Shown piece by piece: positions 43,258 through 61,167 of a stretch of 64,000 bases of DNA. The DNA comes from the human T2T-CHM13v2.0 reference genome, Homo sapiens: the NCBI RefSeq assembly GCF_009914755.1, contig NC_060925.1, one strand, 5' to 3'. Every line of letters begins with the position of its first letter. Positions within the stretch are counted from its first letter, which is position 1. The notes under the pieces were generated by a model, which had not been told where the DNA came from, made no database searches, and saw nothing but the letters and a program-made list of their open reading frames with translations. Made by a program: the position numbers and the translations under genes.

Positions 43258-45056
43258 GCTGAAGGAGGCGCCTGGCTGCCCCAAGAGCCCAGCCCGGCCC
43301 GGCCGTGCCCGCCGGATTGCAGCCGACACCGCCAGCCCGGGGCCGCGGGGCTCGGATCGGGGCCCCCCGAGCCGCTGGCCCGCGGCCTTCCCCCGGCTCC
43401 CGCGCTCCCGAGCTTCCACCACATCGGGCCCGCTCGGAGCAGGGAGTGCTCCGAGGCGTCAGGGCCCAGGGCCCACGATCCTGGGACGCCCTCCGGTCCT
43501 CCGCCCTGTCGCGGAGGCAGCGTTTTGGATCCCTCGCCGCACAGGGGCTCCTGCGGGGCCCCCTCTTGCCCCACCCACCCAGAGCCGTCAGGGCTGGCCG
43601 AAGGCGAACAGCCGGCCCAGCCTCGCGGGGCCTTTCTCTCACAACGCCCCCACCACGGTCGCTTGTCCCGACCAAGACCCGGCCGGGGGGGCAAGAGGAC
43701 GTGGGGTGTAGCGGGTCGGGGGGTGGCCCTGTTTTGCCCCGGGCTGGCACTAGAGGCGGCGGCCTGATCTCGGGTGAGAGGGCCTGAGAGAAACCCAGAC
43801 ACACCCCACCGCCACCAGGAGCAAATCCACTCCCCCACACACAGACACACCCGGGCGCGCTCGCACGCGCGCGCGCGGACACACACACACACACCCACAC
43901 ACAGACACACACGCACACACGCACGCGCACACGCACGCACACACACACGCGGCTTGAAGGAGAGCAAGGACGAGATGGATCGAGAGATAGAGACCGAGGG
44001 AGGGAGAGAGACAGCGATCGAGAGAGACAGGGGAGGGCGAGAGGGAAGGAGACAGACAGAGAGGCTGAGAAAGAGAGAGGCACAGAGAAAGAGAGAGAGA
44101 GAGACAGAGAGACAGAGGGAAAACGACAGAAGTAGCGCGAGGTCCAGGGGGAAACCCAGAAGAGAGAGGCGGAGGGAGCTAGAGAGCGAGAGCGATAGAG
44201 CCTTAGAGAGGAAGCGCCCGGCTCCGTTAGGCAGCGCCCTCTTGAGCAGGCCGGGATAGGGTGGAGGGGGCTTGGGCTGCGCCCAGAACACGGGGGCCAG
44301 GCGGTCCGTGCGAGAGGACCAACGGAGCGCTGAGGCGGGCGTTTTCTTGGATGAATTGCTTGCTTTGGAGGTGGGTTTCGTAGGCTCCTGCCTTTCTTGG
44401 CACCTCCCTGTGCTCTGGGTGCCTTGCGGCGGGCCCCGAGATTTGCAGAGCGCGCCCGCCCGTTTGGCGGGAGCCGTGGCACCGGGCGGGCCCGGAGGCC
44501 TGGGTCTCTGGCGAGTCCTCGGGACTGGAGTCGTCGACACGAAGCGGGGGGCATTGGGAATCCCGGGTGCACAGGGCCTGCTTTCCCGGTGGCTGGCGAA
44601 GCAATGTCCTTCCCCCGGGTAAAGCAGCCCATGCGTTCCGGAGCCGACGTCTTGGCTGGCGTCTGTGGCACCCGCTGCCCCTGCCCGCCCCTTCCCCCGG
44701 TTTGGAAGGGTGCGACGACGGCGCCCGATGGGTGAATTGAATCGCCTGGGCGTTCCGGGAGCGGGAAGGCACCGCGAACGGCAGGGAACCCAGCGGCTGC
44801 GCCTTTGGGGCCCGGGCCCCTGCCCTCCCAGGCTGGAGCCGGGCTCCTGGCGGGGCGGCGGCGAGGCGGAAGCGGTGGGATGCTGCTGCCCGGCCGGCGT
44901 GCAGTAGGGGCGGACCCCCAGCAGGAGGACCCCGGCTGCGGGCTGCGGCGGGGGTGTAGGTGGGCGGTAAAGGGGGAGCAGAGTCAGGGGAGGTTGGGAA
45001 GCATGGCGATTGTGGGGGGAAGGGAGGCAGCGGGGAAGCCACAAAAGCCTACAGCA

Positions 45057-45497
<441 letters not shown>

Positions 45498-47296
45498 GCT
45501 GAAGGAGGCGCCTGGCTGCCCCAAGAGCCCAGCCCGGCCCGGCCGTGCCCGCCGGATTGCAGCCGACACCGCCAGCCCGGGGCCGCGGGGCTCGGATCGG
45601 GGACCCCCGAGCCGCTGGCCCGCGGCCTTCCCCCGGCTCCCGCGCTCCCGAGCTTCCACCACATCGGGCCCGCTCGGAGCAGGGAGTGCTCCGAGGCGTC
45701 AGGGCCCAGGGCCCACGATCCTGGGACGCCCTCCGGTCCTCCGCCCTGTCGCGGAGGCAGCGTTTTGGATCCCTCGCCGCACAGGGGCTCCTGCGAGGCC
45801 CCCTCTTGCCCCACCCACCCAGAGCCGTCAGGGCTGGCCGAAGGCGAACAGCCGGCCCAGCCTCGCGGGGCCTTTCTCTCACAACGCCCCCACCACGGTC
45901 GCTTGTCCCGACCAAGACCCGGCCGGGGGGGCAAGAGGGCGTGGGGTGTAGCGGGTCGGGGGGTGGCCCTGTTTTGCCCCGGGCTGGCACTAGAGGCGGC
46001 GGCCTGATCTCGGGTGAGAGGGCCTGAGAGAAACCCAGACACACCCCACCGCCACCAGGAGCAAATCCACTCCCCCACACACAGACACACCCGGGCGCGC
46101 TCGCACGCGCGCGCGCGGACACACACACACACACCCACACACAGACACACACGCACACACGCACGCGCACACGCACGCACACACACACGCGGCTTGAAGG
46201 AGAGCAAGGACGAGATGGATCGAGAGATAGAGACCGAGGGAGGGAGAGAGACAGCGATCGAGAGAGACAGGGGAGGGCGAGAGGGAAGGAGACAGACAGA
46301 GAGGCTGAGAAAGAGAGAGGCACAGAGAAAGAGAGAGAGAGAGACAGAGAGACAGAGGGAAAACGACAGAAGTAGCGCGAGGTCCAGGGGGAAACCCAGA
46401 AGAGAGAGGCGGAGGGAGCTAGAGAGCGAGAGCGATAGAGCCTTAGAGAGGAAGCGCCCGGCTCCGTTAGGCAGCGCCCTCTTGAGCAGGCCGGGATAGG
46501 GTGGAGGGGGCTTGGGCTGCGCCCAGAACACGGGGGCCAGGCGGTCCGTGCGAGAGGACCAACGGAGCGCTGAGGCGGGCGTTTTCTTGGATGAATTGCT
46601 TGCTTTGGAGGTGGGTTTCGTAGGCTCCTGCCTTTCTTGGCACCTCCCTGTGCTCTGGGTGCCTTGCGGCGGGCCCCGAGATTTGCAGAGCGCGCCCGCC
46701 CGTTTGGCGGGAGCCGTGGCACCGGGCGGGCCCGGAGGCCTGGGTCTCTGGCGAGTCCTCGGGACTGGAGTCGTCGACACGAAGCGGGGGGCATTGGGAA
46801 TCCCGGGTGCACAGGGCCTGCTTTCCCGGTGGCTGGCGAAGCAATGTCCTTCCCCCGGGTAAAGCAGCCCATGCGTTCCGGAGCCGACGTCTTGGCTGGC
46901 GTCTGTGGCACCCGCTGCCCCTGCCCGCCCCTTCCCCCGGTTTGGAAGGGTGCGACGACGGCGCCCGATGGGTGAATTGAATCGCCTGGGCGTTCCGGGA
47001 GCGGGAAGGCACCGCGAACGGCAGGGAACCCAGCGGCTGCGCCTTTGGGGCCCGGGCCCCTGCCCTCCCAGGCTGGAGCCGGGCTCCTGGCGGGGCGGCG
47101 GCGAGGCGGAAGCGGTGGGATGCTGCTGCCCGGCCGGCGTGCAGTAGGGGCGGACCCCCAGCAGGAGGACCCCGGCTGCGGGCTGCGGCGGGGGTGTAGG
47201 TGGGCGGTAAAGGGGGAGCAGAGTCAGGGGAGGTTGGGAAGCATGTCGATTGTGGGGGGAAGGGAGGCAGCGGGGAAGCCACAAAAGCCTACAGCA

Positions 47297-47737
<441 letters not shown>

Positions 47738-49527
47738 GCTGAAGGAGGCGCCTGGCTGCCCCAAGAGCCCAGCCCGGCCCGGCCGTGCCCGCCGGATTGC
47801 AGCCGACACCGCCAGCCCGGGGCCGCGGGGCTCGGATCGGGGACCCCCGAGCCGCTGGCCCGCGGCCTTCCCCCGGCTCCCGCGCTCCCGAGCTTCCACC
47901 ACATCGGGCCCGCTCGGAGCAGGGAGTGCTCCGAGGCGTCAGGGCCCAGGGCCCACGATCCTGGGACGCCCTCCGGTCCTCCGCCCTGTCGCGGAGGCAG
48001 CGTTTTGGATCCCTCGCCGCACAGGGGCTCCTGCGAGGCCCCCTCTTGCCCCACCCACCCAGAGCCGTCAGGGCTGGCCGAAGGCGAACAGCCGGCCCAG
48101 CCTCGCGGGGCCTTTCTCTCACAACGCCCCCACCACGGTCGCTTGTCCCGACCAAGACCCGGCCGGGGGGGCAAGAGGGCGTGGGGTGTAGCGGGTCGGG
48201 GGGTGGCCCTGTTTTGCCCCGGGCTGGCACTAGAGGCGGCGGCCTGATCTCGGGTGAGAGGGCCTGAGAGAAACCCAGACACACCCCACCGCCACCAGGA
48301 GCAAATCCACTCCCCCACACACAGACACACCCGGGCGAGCTCGCACGCGCGCGCGCGGACACACACACACACACAGACACACACGCACACACGCACGCGC
48401 ACACGCACGCACACACACACGCGGCTTGAAGGAGAGCAAGGACGAGATGGATCGAGAGATAGAGACCGAGGGAGGGAGAGAGACAGCGATCGAGAGAGAC
48501 AGGGGAGGGCGAGAGGGAAGGAGACAGACAGAGAGGCTGAGAAAGAGAGAGGCACAGAGAAAGAGAGAGAGAGAGACAGAGAGACAGAGGGAAAACGACA
48601 GAAGTAGCGCGAGGTCCAGGGGGAAACCCAGAAGAGAGCGGCGGAGGGAGCTAGAGAGCGAGAGCGATAGAGCCTTAGAGAGGAAGCGCCCGGCTCCGTT
48701 AGGCAGCGCCCTCTTGAGCAGGCCGGGATAGGGTGGAGGGGGCTTGGGCTGCGCCCAGAACACGGGGGCCAGGCGGTCCGTGCGAGAGGACCAACGGAGC
48801 GCTGAGGCGGGCGTTTTCTTGGATGAATTGCTTGCTTTGGAGGTGGGTTTCGTAGGCTCCTGCCTTTCTTGGCACCTCCCTGTGCTCTGGGTGCCTTGCG
48901 GCAGGCCCCGAGATTTGCAGAGCGCGCCCGCCCGTTTGGCGGGAGCCGTGGCACCGGGCGGGCCCGGAGGCCTGGGTCTCTGGCGAGTCCTCGGGACTGG
49001 AGTCGTCGACACGAAGCGGGGGGCATTGGGAATCCCGGGTGCACAGGGCCTGCTTTCCCGGTGGCTGGCGAAGCAATGTCCTTCCCCCGGGTAAAGCAGC
49101 CCATGCGTTCCGGAGCCGACGTCTTGGCTGGCGTCTGTGGCACCCGCTGCCCCTGCCCGCCCCTTCCCCCGGTTTGGAAGGGTGCGACGACGGCGCCCGA
49201 TGGGTGAATTGAATCTCCTGGGCGTTCCGGGAGCGGGAAGGCACCGCGAACGGCAGGGAACCCAGCGGCTGCGCCTTTGGGGCCCGGCCCCCTGCCCTCC
49301 CAGGCTGGAGCCGGGCTCCTGGCGGGGCGGCGGCGAGGCGGAAGCGGTGGGATGCTGCTGCCCGGCCGGCGTGCAGTAGGGGCGGACCCCCAGCAGGAGG
49401 ACCCCGGCTGCGGCAGCGGCGGGGGTGTAGGTGGGCGGTAAAGGGGGAGCAGAGTCAGGGGAGGTTGGGAAGCATGGCGATTGTGGGGGGAAGGGAGGCA
49501 GCGGGGAAGCCACAAAAGCCTACAGCA

Positions 49528-49968
<441 letters not shown>

Positions 49969-51766
49969 GCTGAAGGAGGCGCCTGGCTGCCCCAAGAGCC
50001 CAGCCCGGCCCGGCCGTGCCCGCCGGATTGCAGCCGACACCGCCAGCCCGGGGCCGCGGGGCTCGGATCGGGGACCCCCGAGCTGCTGGCCCGCGGCCTT
50101 CCCCCGGCTCCCGCGCTCCCGAGCTTCCACCACATCGGGCCCGCTCGGAGCAGGGAGTGCTCCGAGGCGTCAGGGCCCAGGGCCCACGATCCTGGGACGC
50201 CCTCCGGTCCTCCGCCCTGTCGCGGAGGCAGCGTTTTGGATCCCTCGCCGCACAGGGGCTCCTGCGAGGCCCCCTCTTGCCCCACCCACCCAGAGCCGTC
50301 AGGGCTGGCCGAAGGCGAACAGCCGGCCCAGCCTCGCGGGGCCTTTCTCTCACAACGCCCCCACCACGGTCGCTTGTCCCGACCAAGACCCGGCCGGGGG
50401 GGCAAGAGGGCGTGGGGTGTAGCGGGTCGGGGGGTGGCCCTGTTTTGCCCCGGGCTGGCACTAGAGGCGGCGGCCTGATCTCGGGTGAGAGGGCCTGAGA
50501 GAAACCCAGACACACCCCACCGCCACCAGGAGCAAATCCACTCCCCCACACACAGACACACCCGGGCGCGCTCGCACGCGCGCGCGCGGACACACACACA
50601 CACACACACACACAGACACACACGCACACACGCACGCGCACACGCACGCACACACACACGCGGCTTGAAGGAGAGCAAGGACGAGATGGATCGAGAGATA
50701 GAGACCGAGGGAGGGAGAGAGACAGCGATCGAGAGAGACAGGGGAGGGCGAGAGGGAAGGAGACAGACAGAGAGGCTGAGAAAGAGAGAGGCACAGAGAA
50801 AGAGAGAGAGAGAGACAGAGAGACAGAGGGAAAACGACAGAAGTAGCGCGAGGTCCAGGGGGAAACCCAGAAGAGAGAGGCGGAGGGAGCTAGAGAGCGA
50901 GAGCGATAGAGCCTTAGAGAGGAAGCGCCCGGCTCCGTTAGGCAGCGCCCTCTTGAGCAGGCCGGGATAGGGTGGAGGGGGCTTGGGCTGCGCCCAGAAC
51001 ACGGGGGCCAGGCGGTCCGTGCGAGAGGACCAACGGAGCGCTGAGGCGGGCGTTTTCTTGGATGAATTGCTTGCTTTGGAGGTGGGTTTCGTAGGCTCCT
51101 GCCTTTCTTGGCACCTCCCTGTGCTCTGGGTGCCTTGCGGCGGGCCCCGAGATTTGCAGAGCGCGCCCGCCCGTTTGGCGGGAGCCGTGGCACCGGGCGG
51201 GCCCGGAGGCCTGGGTCTCTGGCGAGTCCTCGGGACTGGAGTCGTCGACACGAAGCGGGGGGCATTGGGAATCCCGGGTGCACAGGGCCTGCTTTCCCGG
51301 TGGCTGGCGAAGCAATGTCCTTCCCCCGGGTAAAGCAGCCCATGCGTTCCGGAGCCGACGTCTTGGCTGGCGTCTGTGGCACCCGCTGCCCCTGCCCGCC
51401 CCTTCCCCCGGTTTGGAAGGGTGCGACGACGGCGCCCGATGGGTGAATTGAATCTCCTGGGCGTTCCGGGAGCGGGAAGGCACCGCGAACGGCAGGGAAC
51501 CCAGCGGCTGCGCCTTTGGGGCCCGGCCCCCTGCCCTCCCAGGCTGGAGCCGGGCTCCTGGCGGGGCGGCGGCGAGGCGGAAGCGGTGGGATGCTGCTGC
51601 CCGGCCGGCGTGCAGTAGGGGCGGACCCCCAGCAGGAGGACCCCGGCTGCGGCAGCGGCGGGGGTGTAGGTGGGCGGTAAAGGGGGAGCAGAGTCAGGGG
51701 AGGTTGGGAAGCATGGCGATTGTGGGGGGAAGGGAGGCAGCGGGGAAGCCACAAAAGCCTACAGCA

Positions 51767-52207
<441 letters not shown>

Positions 52208-54006
52208 GCTGAAGGAGGCGCCTGGCTGCCCCAAGAGCCCAGCCCGGCCCGGCCGTGCCCGCCGGATTGCAGCCGACACCGCCAGCCCGGGGCCGCGGGG
52301 CTCGGATCGGGGACCCCCGAGCCGCTGGCCCGCGGCCTTCCCCCGGCTCCCGCGCTCCCGAGCTTCCACCACATCGGGCCCGCTCGGAGCAGGGAGTGCT
52401 CCGAGGCGTCAGGGCCCAGGGCCCACGATCCTGGGACGCCCTCCGGTCCTCCGCCCTGTCGCGGAGGCAGCGTTTTGGATCCCTCGCCGCACAGGGGCTC
52501 CTGCGAGGCCCCCTCTTGCCCCACCCACCCAGAGCCGTCAGGGCTGGCCGAAGGCGAACAGCCGGCCCAGCCGCGCGGGGCCTTTCTCTCACAACGCCCC
52601 CACCACGGTCGCTTGTCCCGACCAAGACCCGGCCGGGGGGGCAAGAGGGCGTGGGGTGTAGCGGGTCGGGGGGTGGCCCTGTTTTGCCCCGGGCTGGCAC
52701 TAGAGGCGGCGGCCTGATCTCGGGTGAGAGGGCCTGAGAGAAACCCAGACACACCCCACCGCCACCAGGAGCAAATCCACTCCCCCACACACAGACACAC
52801 CCGGGCGCGCTCGCACGCGCGCGCGCGGACACACACACACACACCCACACACAGACACACACGCACACACGCACGCGCACACGCACGCACACACACACGC
52901 GGCTTGAAGGAGAGCAAGGACGAGATGGATCGAGAGATAGAGACCGAGGGAGGGAGAGAGACAGCGATCGAGAGAGACAGGGGATGGCGAGAGGGAAGGA
53001 GACAGACAGAGAGGCTGAGAAAGAGAGAGGCACAGAGAAAGAGAGAGAGAGAGACAGAGAGACAGAGGGAAAACGACAGAAGTAGCGCGAGGTCCAGGGG
53101 GAAACCCAGAAGAGAGAGGCGGAGGGAGCTAGAGAGCGAGAGCGATAGAGCCTTAGAGAGGAAGCGCCCGGCTCCGTTAGGCAGCGCCCTCTTGAGCAGG
53201 CCGGGATAGGGTGGAGGGGGCTTGGGCTGCGCCCAGAACACGGGGGCCAGGCGGTCCGTGCGAGAGGACCAACGGAGCGCTGAGGCGGGCGTTTTCTTGG
53301 ATGAATTGCTTGCTTTGGAGGTGGGTTTCGTAGGCTCCTGCCTTTCTTGGCACCTCCCTGTGCTCTGGGTGCCTTGCGGCGGGCCCCGAGATTTGCAGAG
53401 CGCGCCCGCCCGTTTGGCGGGAGCCGTGGCACCGGGCGGGCCCGGAGGCCTGGGTCTCTGGCGAGTCCTCGGGACTGGAGTCGTCGACACGAAGCGGGGG
53501 GCATTGGGAATCCCGGGTGCACAGGGCCTGTTTTCCCGGTGGCTGGCGAAGCAATGTCCTTCCCCCGGGTAAAGCAGCCCATGCGTTCCGGAGCCGACGT
53601 CTTGGCTGGCGTCTGTGGCACCCGCTGCCCCTGCCCGCCCCTTCCCCCGGTTTGGAAGGGTGCGACGACGGCGCCCGATGGGTGAATTGAATCGCCTGGG
53701 CGTTCCGGGAGCGGGAAGGCACCGCGAACGGCAGGGAACCCAGCGGCTGCGCCTTTGGGGCCCGGGCCCCTGCCCTCCCAGGCTGGAGCCGGGCTCCTGG
53801 CGGGGCGGCGGCGAGGCGGAAGCGGTGGGATGCTGCTGCCCGGCCGGCGTGCAGTAGGGGCGGACCCCCAGCAGGAGGACCCCGGCTGCGGGCTGCGGCG
53901 GGGGTGTAGGTGGGCGGTAAAGGGGGAGCAGAGTCAGGGGAGGTTGGGAAGCATGGCGATTGTGGGGGGAAGGGAGGCAGCGGGGAAGCCACAAAAGCCT
54001 ACAGCA

Positions 54007-54447
<441 letters not shown>

Positions 54448-56246
54448 GCTGAAGGAGGCGCCTGGCTGCCCCAAGAGCCCAGCCCGGCCCGGCCGTGCCC
54501 GCCGGATTGCAGCCGACACCGCCAGCCCGGGGCCGCGGGGCTCGGATCGGGGACCCCCGAGCCGCTGGCCCGCGGCCTTCCCCCGGCTCCCGCGCTCCCG
54601 AGCTTCCACCACATCGGGCCCGCTCGGAGCAGGGAGTGCTCCGAGGCGTCAGGGCCCAGGGCCCACGATCCTGGGACGCCCTCCGGTCCTCCGCCCTGTC
54701 GCGGAGGCAGCGTTTTGGATCCCTCGCCGCACAGGGGCTCCTGCGAGGCCCCCTCTTGCCCCACCCACCCAGAGCCGTCAGGGCTGGCCGAAGGCGAACA
54801 GCCGGCCCAGCCGCGCGGGGCCTTTCTCTCACAACGCCCCCACCACGGTCGCTTGTCCCGACCAAGACCCGGCCGGGGGGGCAAGAGGGCGTGGGGTGTA
54901 GCGGGTCGGGGGGTGGCCCTGTTTTGCCCCGGGCTGGCACTAGAGGCGGCGGCCTGATCTCGGGTGAGAGGGCCTGAGAGAAACCCAGACACACCCCACC
55001 GCCACCAGGAGCAAATCCACTCCCCCACACACAGACACACCCGGGCGCGCTCGCACGCGCGCGCGCGGACACACACACACACACCCACACACAGACACAC
55101 ACGCACACACGCACGCGCACACGCACGCACACACACACGCGGCTTGAAGGAGAGCAAGGACGAGATGGATCGAGAGATAGAGACCGAGGGAGGGAGAGAG
55201 ACAGCGATCGAGAGAGACAGGGGAGGGCGAGAGGGAAGGAGACAGACAGAGAGGCTGAGAAAGAGAGAGGCACAGAGAAAGAGAGAGAGAGAGACAGAGA
55301 GACAGAGGGAAAACGACAGAAGTAGCGCGAGGTCCAGGGGGAAACCCAGAAGAGAGAGGCGGAGGGAGCTAGAGAGCGAGAGCGATAGAGCCTTAGAGAG
55401 GAAGCGCCCGGCTCCGTTAGGCAGCGCCCTCTTGAGCAGGCCGGGATAGGGTGGAGGGGGCTTGGGCTGCGCCCAGAACACGGGGGCCAGGCGGTCCGTG
55501 CGAGAGGACCAACGGAGCGCTGAGGCGGGCGTTTTCTTGGATGAATTGCTTGCTTTGGAGGTGGGTTTCGTAGGCTCCTGCCTTTCTTGGCACCTCCCTG
55601 TGCTCTGGGTGCCTTGCGGCGGGCCCCGAGATTTGCAGAGCGCGCCCGCCCGTTTGGCGGGAGCCGTGGCACCGGGCGGGCCCGGAGGCCTGGGTCTCTG
55701 GCGAGTCCTCGGGACTGGAGTCGTCGACACGAAGCGGGGGGCATTGGGAATCCCGGGTGCACAGGGCCTGTTTTCCCGGTGGCTGGCGAAGCAATGTCCT
55801 TCCCCCGGGTAAAGCAGCCCATGCGTTCCGGAGCCGACGTCTTGGCTGGCGTCTGTGGCACCCGCTGCCCCTGCCCGCCCCTTCCCCCGGTTTGGAAGGG
55901 TGCGACGACGGCGCCCGATGGGTGAATTGAATCGCCTGGGCGTTCCGGGAGCGGGAAGGCACCGCGAACGGCAGGGAACCCAGCGGCTGCGCCTTTGGGG
56001 CCCGGGCCCCTGCCCTCCCAGGCTGGAGCCGGGCTCCTGGCGGGGCGGCGGCGAGGCGGAAGCGGTGGGATGCTGCTGCCCGGCCGGCGTGCAGTAGGGG
56101 CGGACCCCCAGCAGGAGGACCCCGGCTGCGGGCTGCGGCGGGGGTGTAGGTGGGCGGTAAAGGGGGAGCAGAGTCAGGGGAGGTTGGGAAGCATGGCGAT
56201 TGTGGGGGGAAGGGAGGCAGCGGGGAAGCCACAAAAGCCTACAGCA

Positions 56247-56687
<441 letters not shown>

Positions 56688-58486
56688 GCTGAAGGAGGCG
56701 CCTGGCTGCCCCAAGAGCCCAGCCCGGCCCGGCCGTGCCCGCCGGATTGCAGCCGACACCGCCAGCCCGGGGCCGCGGGGCTCGGATCGGGGACCCCCGA
56801 GCCGCTGGCCCGCGGCCTTCCCCCGGCTCCCGCGCTCCCGAGCTTCCACCACATCGGGCCCGCTCGGAGCAGGGAGTGCTCCGAGGCGTCAGGGCCCAGG
56901 GCCCACGATCCTGGGACGCCCTCCGGTCCTCCGCCCTGTCGCGGAGGCAGCGTTTTGGATCCCTCGCCGCACAGGGGCTCCTGCGAGGCCCCCTCTTGCC
57001 CCACCCACCCAGAGCCGTCAGGGCTGGCCGAAGGCGAACAGCCGGCCCAGCCGCGCGGGGCCTTTCTCTCACAACGCCCCCACCACGGTCGCTTGTCCCG
57101 ACCAAGACCCGGCCGGGGGGGCAAGAGGGCGTGGGGTGTAGCGGGTCGGGGGGTGGCCCTGTTTTGCCCCGGGCTGGCACTAGAGGCGGCGGCCTGATCT
57201 CGGGTGAGAGGGCCTGAGAGAAACCCAGACACACCCCACCGCCACCAGGAGCAAATCCACTCCCCCACACACAGACACACCCGGGCGCGCTCGCACGCAC
57301 GCGCGCGGACACACACACACACACCCACACACAGACACACACGCACACACGCACGCGCACACGCACGCACACACACACGCGGCTTGAAGGAGAGCAAGGA
57401 CGAGATGGATCGAGAGATAGAGACCGAGGGAGGGAGAGAGACAGCGATCGAGAGAGACAGGGGAGGGCGAGAGGGAAGGAGACAGACAGAGAGGCTGAGA
57501 AAGAGAGAGGCACAGAGAAAGAGAGAGAGAGAGACAGAGAGACAGAGGGAAAACGACAGAAGTAGCGCGAGGTCCAGGGGGAAACCCAGAAGAGAGAGGC
57601 GGAGGGAGCTAGAGAGCGAGAGCGATAGAGCCTTAGAGAGGAAGCGCCCGGCTCCGTTAGGCAGCGCCCTCTTGAGCAGGCCGGGATAGGGTGGAGGGGG
57701 CTTGGGCTGCGCCCAGAACACGGGGGCCAGGCGGTCCGTGCGAGAGGACCAACGGAGCGCTGAGGCGGGCGTTTTCTTGGATGAATTGCTTGCTTTGGAG
57801 GTGGGTTTCGTAGGCTCCTGCCTTTCTTGGCACCTCCCTGTGCTCTGGGTGCCTTGCGGCGGGCCCCGAGATTTGCAGAGCGCGCCCGCCCGTTTGGCGG
57901 GAGCCGTGGCACCGGGCGGGCCCGGAGGCCTGGGTCTCTGGCGAGTCCTCGGGACTGGAGTCGTCGACACGAAGCGGGGGGCATTGGGAATCCCGGGTGC
58001 ACAGGGCCTGTTTTCCCGGTGGCTGGCGAAGCAATGTCCTTCCCCCGGGTAAAGCAGCCCATGCGTTCCGGAGCCGACGTCTTGGCTGGCGTCTGTGGCA
58101 CCCGCTGCCCCTGCCCGCCCCTTCCCCCGGTTTGGAAGGGTGCGACGACGGCGCCCGATGGGTGAATTGAATCGCCTGGGCGTTCCGGGAGCGGGAAGGC
58201 ACCGCGAACGGCAGGGAACCCAGCGGCTGCGCCTTTGGGGCCCGGGCCCCTGCCCTCCCAGGCTGGAGCCGGGCTCCTGGCGGGGCGGCGGCGAGGCGGA
58301 AGCGGTGGGATGCTGCTGCCCGGCCGGCGTGCAGTAGGGGCGGACCCCCAGCAGGAGGACCCCGGCTGCGGGCTGCGGCGGGGGTGTAGGTGGGCGGTAA
58401 AGGGGGAGCAGAGTCAGGGGAGGTTGGGAAGCATGGCGATTGTGGGGGGAAGGGAGGCAGCGGGGAAGCCACAAAAGCCTACAGCA

Positions 58487-58927
<441 letters not shown>

Positions 58928-60726
58928 GCTGAAGGAGGCGCCTGGCTGCCCCAAGAGCCCAGCCCGGCCCGGCCGTGCCCGCCGGATTGCAGCCGACACC
59001 GCCAGCCCGGGGCCGCGGGGCTCGGATCGGGGACCCCCGAGCCGCTGGCCCGCGGCCTTCCCCCGGCTCCCGCGCTCCCGAGCTTCCACCACATCGGGCC
59101 CGCTCGGAGCAGGGAGTGCTCCGAGGCGTCAGGGCCCAGGGCCCACGATCCTGGGACGCCCTCCGGTCCTCCGCCCTGTCGCGGAGGCAGCGTTTTGGAT
59201 CCCTCGCCGCACAGGGGCTCCTGCGAGGCCCCCTCTTGCCCCACCCACCCAGAGCCGTCAGGGCTGGCCGAAGGCGAACAGCCGGCCCAGCCGCGCGGGG
59301 CCTTTCTCTCACAACGCCCCCACCACGGTCGCTTGTCCCGACCAAGACCCGGCCGGGGGGGCAAGAGGGCGTGGGGTGTAGCGGGTCGGGGGGTGGCCCT
59401 GTTTTGCCCCGGGCTGGCACTAGAGGCGGCGGCCTGATCTCGGGTGAGAGGGCCTGAGAGAAACCCAGACACACCCCACCGCCACCAGGAGCAAATCCAC
59501 TCCCCCACACACAGACACACCCGGGCGCGCTCGCACGCGCGCGCGCGGACACACACACACACACACACACACAGACACACACGCACACACGCACGCGCAC
59601 ACGCACGCACACACACACGCGGCTTGAAGGAGAGCAAGGACGAGATGGATCGAGAGATAGAGACCGAGGGAGGGAGAGAGACAGCGATCGAGAGAGACAG
59701 GGGAGGGCGAGAGGGAAGGAGACAGACAGAGAGGCTGAGAAAGAGAGAGGCACAGAGAAAGAGAGAGAGAGAGACAGAGAGACAGAGGGAAAACGACAGA
59801 AGTAGCGCGAGGTCCAGGGGGAAACCCAGAAGAGAGAGGCGGAGGGAGCTAGAGAGCGAGAGCGATAGAGCCTTAGAGAGGAAGCGCCCGGCTCCGTTAG
59901 GCAGCGCCCTCTTGAGCAGGCCGGGATAGGGTGGAGGGGGCTTGGGCTGCGCCCAGAACACGGGGGCCAGGCGGTCCGTGCGAGAGGACCAACGGAGCGC
60001 TGAGGCGGGCGTTTTCTTGGATGAATTGCTTGCTTTGGAGGTGGGTTTCGTAGGCTCCTGCCTTTCTTGGCACCTCCCTGTGCTCTGGGTGCCTTGCGGC
60101 GGGCCCCGAGATTTGCAGAGCGCGCCCGCCCGTTTGGCGGGAGCCGTGGCACCGGGCGGGCCCGGAGGCCTGGGTCTCTGGCGAGTCCTCGGGACTGGAG
60201 TCGTCGACACGAAGCGGGGGGCATTGGGAATCCCGGGTGCACAGGGCCTGTTTTCCCGGTGGCTGGCGAAGCAATGTCCTTCCCCCGGGTAAAGCAGCCC
60301 ATGCGTTCCGGAGCCGACGTCTTGGCTGGCGTCTGTGGCACCCGCTGCCCCTGCCCGCCCCTTCCCCCGGTTTGGAAGGGTGCGACGACGGCGCCCGATG
60401 GGTGAATTGAATCGCCTGGGCGTTCCGGGAGCGGGAAGGCACCGCGAACGGCAGGGAACCCAGCGGCTGCGCCTTTGGGGCCCGGGCCCCTGCCCTCCCA
60501 GGCTGGAGCCGGGCTCCTGGCGGGGCGGCGGCGAGGCGGAAGCGGTGGGATGCTGCTGCCCGGCCGGCGTGCAGTAGGGGCGGACCCCCAGCAGGAGGAC
60601 CCCGGCTGCGGGCTGCGGCGGGGGTGTAGGTGGGCGGTAAAGGGGGAGCAGAGTCAGGGGAGGTTGGGAAGCATGGCGATTGTGGGGGGAAGGGAGGCAG
60701 CGGGGAAGCCACAAAAGCCTACAGCA

Positions 60727-61167
<441 letters not shown>
